Assembly: GCA_021785515.1 (NCBI GenBank)
Contig: JAJYEX010000001.1
Coordinates: forward strand, 719,640 to 783,639
Length of the DNA: 64,000 bases
Reading direction: 5' to 3'
Origin: Pseudomonadota bacterium
Lineage (GTDB): Bacteria; Pseudomonadota; Gammaproteobacteria; Acidiferrobacterales; UBA6901
Both the position numbers and the translations under genes were made by a program. Of this stretch, positions 59,643 through 64,000 are shown piece by piece. Under the pieces are notes generated by a model. That model was not told the origin of the DNA, searched no databases, and saw nothing but the letters and a program-made list of their open reading frames with translations. Numbering within the stretch: the first letter of the stretch is position 1; every line of letters begins with the position of its first letter.

Positions 59643-61559
59643 TCACTCCTCCAGGTAGGTGTATCCCGACAGCCCCTGACGGATCTCCGCCAGGTAGGCG
59701 TCACGCTGGCTGGCACCGAGCCAGCCAGCAGCCTCGATCTTCGTACGATAGGCGGTAAGAATGTCCTCGGGGTTGAAATGCACATAGCGCAGCACCGAAT
59801 CCGCCGTGTCGCCGCGGCGCGCTTCCGTTAGGCGGTATCCGCCGTCCTGGGTAGGCTCGACCTGCACTGAATCGGTGTCCCCGAACAGGTTGTGGATATC
59901 GCCGAGGATCTCCTGGTAGGCCCCCACCAGGAATATGCCAAGCAGATAGGGCTCCTCGGGGCGCAAGGCATGCAGCGGCAGACTCGGCTCCACCCCTTCG
60001 CCGTCCACGTACAGGTCCACGCGCCCGTCGGAATCACAGGTGATGTCCTGGAGAACTGCGCGCCGCAACGGAACCTCGTCCAGACGGTTCAGGGGCAGGA
60101 TCGGAAACACCTGGTCTATCGCCCAATGGTCAGGTATCGACTGAAACAGCGAGAAGTTGCAGAAATACTTGTCCGCAAGCTTTTCGTTGAGCTCATCAAG
60201 CGCCTCCCGGTGACTGCGAATACTCGGCTGCAGGCGCTCGCGAACGCGCTGGCAAATAGCGAAGTAGAGCTGTTCGGCACGAGCCCGCGCCGCCAGGTCC
60301 AGCACGCCATGCGTAAACATGGCCTGCGCTTGAGACAGGAAATGGGTCGCGTCGTGGTAGCTTTCCAGCGTCGGCCGCCCGGCAACCTCCTCGAGCCCGC
60401 GCCACAGATCATGGATGACCTGCGGCTCATCCTTCCGTACCGGCTCCGGCATGGTTGACCCCGGTGCCAGCTCCACGTCGACCACCCTGGTCAAAAGCAC
60501 CGCATGGTGGGCCGTCATGGCCCGCCCGGACTCGGTCACGACATCCGGATGGGGCTGCCCGTGTTCCGCGCACACCTCCTTGAGCGTACGCACGATGTTA
60601 AGTGCATATTCCTGGACGCTGTAGTTCATGGAGCAGAAGGAGCGCGACCGCGTACCCTCGTAGTCCACGCCCAGACCGCCGCCGACATTCACACAGCGGA
60701 TGTCTGCCCCCAGACGGCGAAGCTCGGCGTAATAACGTCCCGCTTCCCGCATTCCGTTCTGGACGTGCTGGATATTGGCAATCTGGGACCCCATGTGAAA
60801 GTGCATCATCTGCAGGGCTTTGAGCATCCCGGTCTCCCGCAGTCTTTCCACCACCCGCAGAATGTCCGCTGCAGAAAGGCCGAATTTCGATTTCTCGCCC
60901 CCGGTGTTCTGCCACTTTCCGGCACCGAGCGAGGCCAGCCGTACCCGCAGGCCGAGGAGCGGCTCCACCCCAAGTGCGCGGGATTCGGCAATCACCAGCT
61001 CGAGTTCCGAGGGTTTTTCGACAACGATGTGAACCCGCATGCCGAGATGCTGGCCGATCAGGGCCAGCCGCATGTATTCCCGGTCCTTGTAGCCATTGCA
61101 GACAACAATGCTGCCGGGGCTGGAACAGGCGAGCACCGCAAGCAGCTCCGGCTTGCTTCCAGCCTCCAGGCCAACCCGCTTGCCGCCGTGGGCGAGCAGG
61201 GCATCGATCACGCTGCGCTGCTGGTTGACCTTTATCGGGTAGACGGCCGTATAGCGGCCGTCATAGGCTTCCGCCCGGCAGGCATTGCCGAAGGCTTCGC
61301 ACAGCTCGTCGATGCGGTGGTGAAGAATGCCGGAGAACCGGACCAGAACCGGCAAGGTCAGCTGCCGGGCAGCGAGTTCCGTCGCCAGGTCGTGCAGATC
61401 TATGGCAGGACCTTTTCCGCCCGGCACGGCGCCTGGTCCGGCCCAGGCGGGGTTCGGGTAGGCGACAACGTGACCGCGATCGTTGATGTCAAAGTAGCCA
61501 TTGCCCCAGTGGGCAATGTTGTAGGTGTCTCGAGCTTTCTGTATGGTCCAGTCGGTCAT
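59643..61559 (-). CDS. speA: Biosynthetic arginine decarboxylase
   Basis: 638 aa from ATG 61559: MTDWTIQKARDTYNIAHWGNGYF.IN..G. PLP region YPIKVNQQ. The ORF-track start at 61826 is an 89-codon extension. Confidence 0.93.
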   Translation of the reverse strand: MTDWTIQKARDTYNIAHWGNGYFDINDRGHVVAYPNPAWAGPGAVPGGKGPAIDLHDLATELAARQLTLPVLVRFSGILHHRIDELCEAFGNACRAEAYDGRYTAVYPIKVNQQRSVIDALLAHGGKRVGLEAGSKPELLAVLACSSPGSIVVCNGYKDREYMRLALIGQHLGMRVHIVVEKPSELELVIAESRALGVEPLLGLRVRLASLGAGKWQNTGGEKSKFGLSAADILRVVERLRETGMLKALQMMHFHMGSQIANIQHVQNGMREAGRYYAELRRLGADIRCVNVGGGLGVDYEGTRSRSFCSMNYSVQEYALNIVRTLKEVCAEHGQPHPDVVTESGRAMTAHHAVLLTRVVDVELAPGSTMPEPVRKDEPQVIHDLWRGLEEVAGRPTLESYHDATHFLSQAQAMFTHGVLDLAARARAEQLYFAICQRVRERLQPSIRSHREALDELNEKLADKYFCNFSLFQSIPDHWAIDQVFPILPLNRLDEVPLRRAVLQDITCDSDGRVDLYVDGEGVEPSLPLHALRPEEPYLLGIFLVGAYQEILGDIHNLFGDTDSVQVEPTQDGGYRLTEARRGDTADSVLRYVHFNPEDILTAYRTKIEAAGWLGASQRDAYLAEIRQGLSGYTYLEE

Positions 61560-61693
61560 GGCAGTCGGAACGGCGCGTGCTGATGATACAAGAGAGAACG
61601 GAAAAGTAATAAAATGGATTATCCTGAATTTCGCGACTGATTGGTATTGACCCGTCTGCCGCGGCTGGCACAACCCTCCGGAGACTTCCACTG

Positions 61694-62545
61694 ATGACCC
61701 TGGATAGCACGTGGTACACCGAACAATGGTCGGGACAGGGTTCGGCGATTTCGCTGAAGATACGCGATAAGGTTCACGACGAACGGTCTCCCTACCAGCG
61801 CATCGAAATATACGAAACCGAAACATTCGGCACGTTGATGACGCTGGACGGTCTGGTCATGGTGACTGACCGCGACAACTTCATTTACCACGAAATGATG
61901 TCCCATCCCGCACTCTTTACCCACCCGAGGCCGCGGCGGGTGTTAATCATCGGCGGCGGAGATTGCGGAACCCTGCGCGAGGTGCTTAAGCACCCGTCGG
62001 TAGAACTGGCCGAACAGGTGGAGCTTGACGAGAGGGTAACGCGCGTATCGGAACGTTATTTTCCGGAGCTGTGCGCATCGAACGGGGATCCGCGCGCGCA
62101 GCTGCGTTTTGACGACGGGATACGCTGGGTGGCACGGGCACAAGCCGGCAGCTACGACGTGATCATCGTAGACTCCACGGATCCGGTAGGGCCGGCGGCT
62201 GGACTGTTTTCCGAGGAGTTCTACCGAAACTGTTTCCGCGCGCTGGGCGACCGCGGCATCCTCGCCGGCCAGAGCGAATCGCCGCTGTTTCATCCGCAGC
62301 TGATCCGGTCAATGCACCAAGCCCTGCGTACCGCCGGCTTTCTGGACACGGCGGTCCTGAGTTTTCCCCAGTGCACCTACCCGTCCGGATGGTGGAGTGC
62401 AACCCTTGCGTGCAAGGACGCGTCGCTCTCGGGATTCCGCCAGGAAGCGGTGGCTGAGAAGACGTTTCCTACCCGGTATTACAACCTGGGCGTGCACACG
62501 GCAGCCATGGCTACGCCTGAGTTTCTTTACGAACTGCTTCTGTGA
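61694..62545 (+). CDS. speE: Spermidine synthase (polyamine aminopropyltransferase)
   Basis: 283 aa. SPYQRIEIYETETFG..L.LDG, VLIIGGGDCGTLREVLKH, DVIIVDSTDPVGPA..LF. Confidence 0.93.
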   Translation: MTLDSTWYTEQWSGQGSAISLKIRDKVHDERSPYQRIEIYETETFGTLMTLDGLVMVTDRDNFIYHEMMSHPALFTHPRPRRVLIIGGGDCGTLREVLKHPSVELAEQVELDERVTRVSERYFPELCASNGDPRAQLRFDDGIRWVARAQAGSYDVIIVDSTDPVGPAAGLFSEEFYRNCFRALGDRGILAGQSESPLFHPQLIRSMHQALRTAGFLDTAVLSFPQCTYPSGWWSATLACKDASLSGFRQEAVAEKTFPTRYYNLGVHTAAMATPEFLYELLL

Positions 62546-62665
62546 AAAGAGCGGACAGCGTGGTAAAACGCGGGACGATTCGGATTGAATATCGCGCGCG
62601 ATCAGGGTATAAATCCGGGCACCATCAGAATACATGGCCTTCTCATCCACCATACGGAATCGATC

Positions 62666-62902
62666 ATGTCTGACCCCGTGATTTCCCAGAAAGCGCCGTA
62701 CTCCTTAGATCTGGCACCCGGCACCTACTGGTGGTGCGCGTGTGGCCGGTCCAAAACCCAGCCCTTCTGCGACGGCTCGCACCAAGGCACCGACTTTACT
62801 CCTGTGAAGATCGATATCGACAGTGCGACGAGCGTCGCGCTGTGCGGCTGCAAGCACTCGACCTGCAAACCGTATTGTGACGGAACACACAAGAAACTGT
62901 AG
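62666..62902 (+). CDS. CDGSH iron-sulfur domain protein (two CDGSH-type motifs)
   Basis: 78 aa from ATG 62666. CACGRSKTQPFCDGSH and CGCKHSTCKPYCDGTH. Confidence 0.85.
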   Translation: MSDPVISQKAPYSLDLAPGTYWWCACGRSKTQPFCDGSHQGTDFTPVKIDIDSATSVALCGCKHSTCKPYCDGTHKKL

Positions 62903-63027
62903 CGATGGGCAGTTGCAGGGGCCGGCAGATGAGCGACGACGCCCCGGGGGCAGCGCGGCCATCGTAGCGGATCGGCCGGCAACATACTGTTTTTCGTCGC
63001 GACAGGCTCTGCCGAGGGAGGGTCATT

Positions 63028-64000
63028 ATGAGAAAAGCCGCCATTGTTGGCGTTGCCGCGGTTCTCGGGCTGGTGGTGGCGCTGGGGGCCGCGTCGTACT
63101 GGCTGGGAATTAGGGCCCGCCAAACCTATACGCGGCTTTTGCAGCAAATCGCCAGCAATGGCGGGTTTTCGGTCTCCGGTCTGCACTTTCAAAATGGGTG
63201 GCTATCGTCCACGGCCACTGCGGCACTTACCCCACCTGGATTTCCGGCACGCATTTCGATCGTCAGCCGGATTCACTTTGGCCCACTTCCGGAACTTGCA
63301 CACCAGAACTTCATGCCGGGCATGGCCGTGGTGTCAACGCGGATTAGCGTGCTGGCGGCGGCCCTGCCTGGCATGCAACCGGTCACTGCCCACACGATGA
63401 TATATCTCGCCGGGAACAGCGTAACCTCGCTGAATATTCCGGCCTACAGACGGGTGGCAAGTGGCGGTGAGGGATTCAGCTGGGGCCCTGCTACAGGAAA
63501 AATCACAGTTGCTGCCGACCAGCAGACGGTCTTGGGCAACATTGCGTTTCCGCAAGTTCAGGTGTCAGGTTTTAAGGACCGACTTGCGCTATCCGGCGCG
63601 GACTTGCGCTGGTCACACCTGTCCGGCATTTCGGGTCCGGGGCGGATGACCCTGTCGGTGCAGCGCGTGGGCAATTCGGGGCAGAAGAGGCCGTTTACGA
63701 TCGAAGGCCTGCGCGTGGCGCTTTCGGACTTGCGCCATGGGGGTAAAATCGCCGCGAACATCAGCATGCATGTGCGAATGTGGAATGATGGCATCAGCAG
63801 CTACGGGCCGGGGCAATTGCTCCTGCAGATGACCAATCTGGATGGGGCCAGCTTCGACAGATTTGCGCAGGGGCTGCGCACTTTGGTGCGTCGACAACTG
63901 CCGCCGAATCGTCGGTCCGCTGAAATGCGAACCCGCACCACCGAGCTGCTGCAGGCGCTCGCGCGCAAAAATGCAAAGATTACGGTTCGAAGCCTGGAAA
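63028..64000 (+). CDS. YdgA-like DUF945 family protein, N-terminal 324 aa; continues beyond the right window edge
   Basis: Own translation from ATG 63028 (GAGGGAGGG upstream), open to the window end: MRKAAIVGVAAVLGLVVALGAASYWLGIRARQTYTRLLQQIASNGGFSVSGLHFQNGWLSSTATAAL.... The N-terminal TM and following repeat-like pattern are typical of DUF945. Confidence 0.7.
   Translation, partial: MRKAAIVGVAAVLGLVVALGAASYWLGIRARQTYTRLLQQIASNGGFSVSGLHFQNGWLSSTATAALTPPGFPARISIVSRIHFGPLPELAHQNFMPGMAVVSTRISVLAAALPGMQPVTAHTMIYLAGNSVTSLNIPAYRRVASGGEGFSWGPATGKITVAADQQTVLGNIAFPQVQVSGFKDRLALSGADLRWSHLSGISGPGRMTLSVQRVGNSGQKRPFTIEGLRVALSDLRHGGKIAANISMHVRMWNDGISSYGPGQLLLQMTNLDGASFDRFAQGLRTLVRRQLPPNRRSAEMRTRTTELLQALARKNAKITVRSLE

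Noticed and set aside
1-64000. CRISPR arrays, tRNA or rRNA genes, prophage, toxin-antitoxin or defence islands
   Set aside because: Reading all intergenic regions showed no regularly spaced direct repeats and no cloverleaf-like or rRNA-like sequence. There are no phage or defence hallmark proteins. The only mobile DNA seen is the IS relic at 3271-4382.

Overview
This 64-kb window looks like core chromosome from a GC-rich gammaproteobacterium. GC content was judged by eye, not computed. The taxonomic guess rests on gene order: gmk-rpoZ-spoT-ridA-recG, pilMNOPQ-aroK-aroB, gltBD-hemE and argS followed by a SPOR-domain gene. I support about 50 protein-coding genes. I found no rRNA, tRNA or CRISPR array. 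One RNA regulatory element is clear: a tandem glycine riboswitch with its own promoter and terminator upstream of a truncated gcvT at the left edge. One mobile element is present: a roughly 1.1-kb IS4-family relic with imperfect 19-bp terminal inverted repeats and a 7-bp flanking direct repeat. It sits exactly on the xthA start codon, and its transposase appears to lack two catalytic Asp positions. Many ORF-track entries begin too far upstream or are antisense shadows, which is typical of high-GC DNA, so I refined starts by homology and Shine-Dalgarno (SD) context. The most unusual loci are these. (1) A TolC-like / 125-aa lipoprotein / RND pump operon in which the adaptor is reduced to only the C-terminal beta-barrel signature. 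(2) A stand-alone Hanks-type kinase and PP2C phosphatase pair inserted between yicC and rph. (3) An Arg-rich 230-aa protein whose start overlaps the ponA stop and which carries a degenerate nucleotidyltransferase-like motif. (4) An AT-rich priA-hemE spacer with same-orientation DnaA-box-like 9-mers and a possible gene relic. (5) A divergent MarR and DsrE-like pair with a candidate operator. I cannot claim a proven novel system. All function calls come from reading motifs by eye, with no database search.
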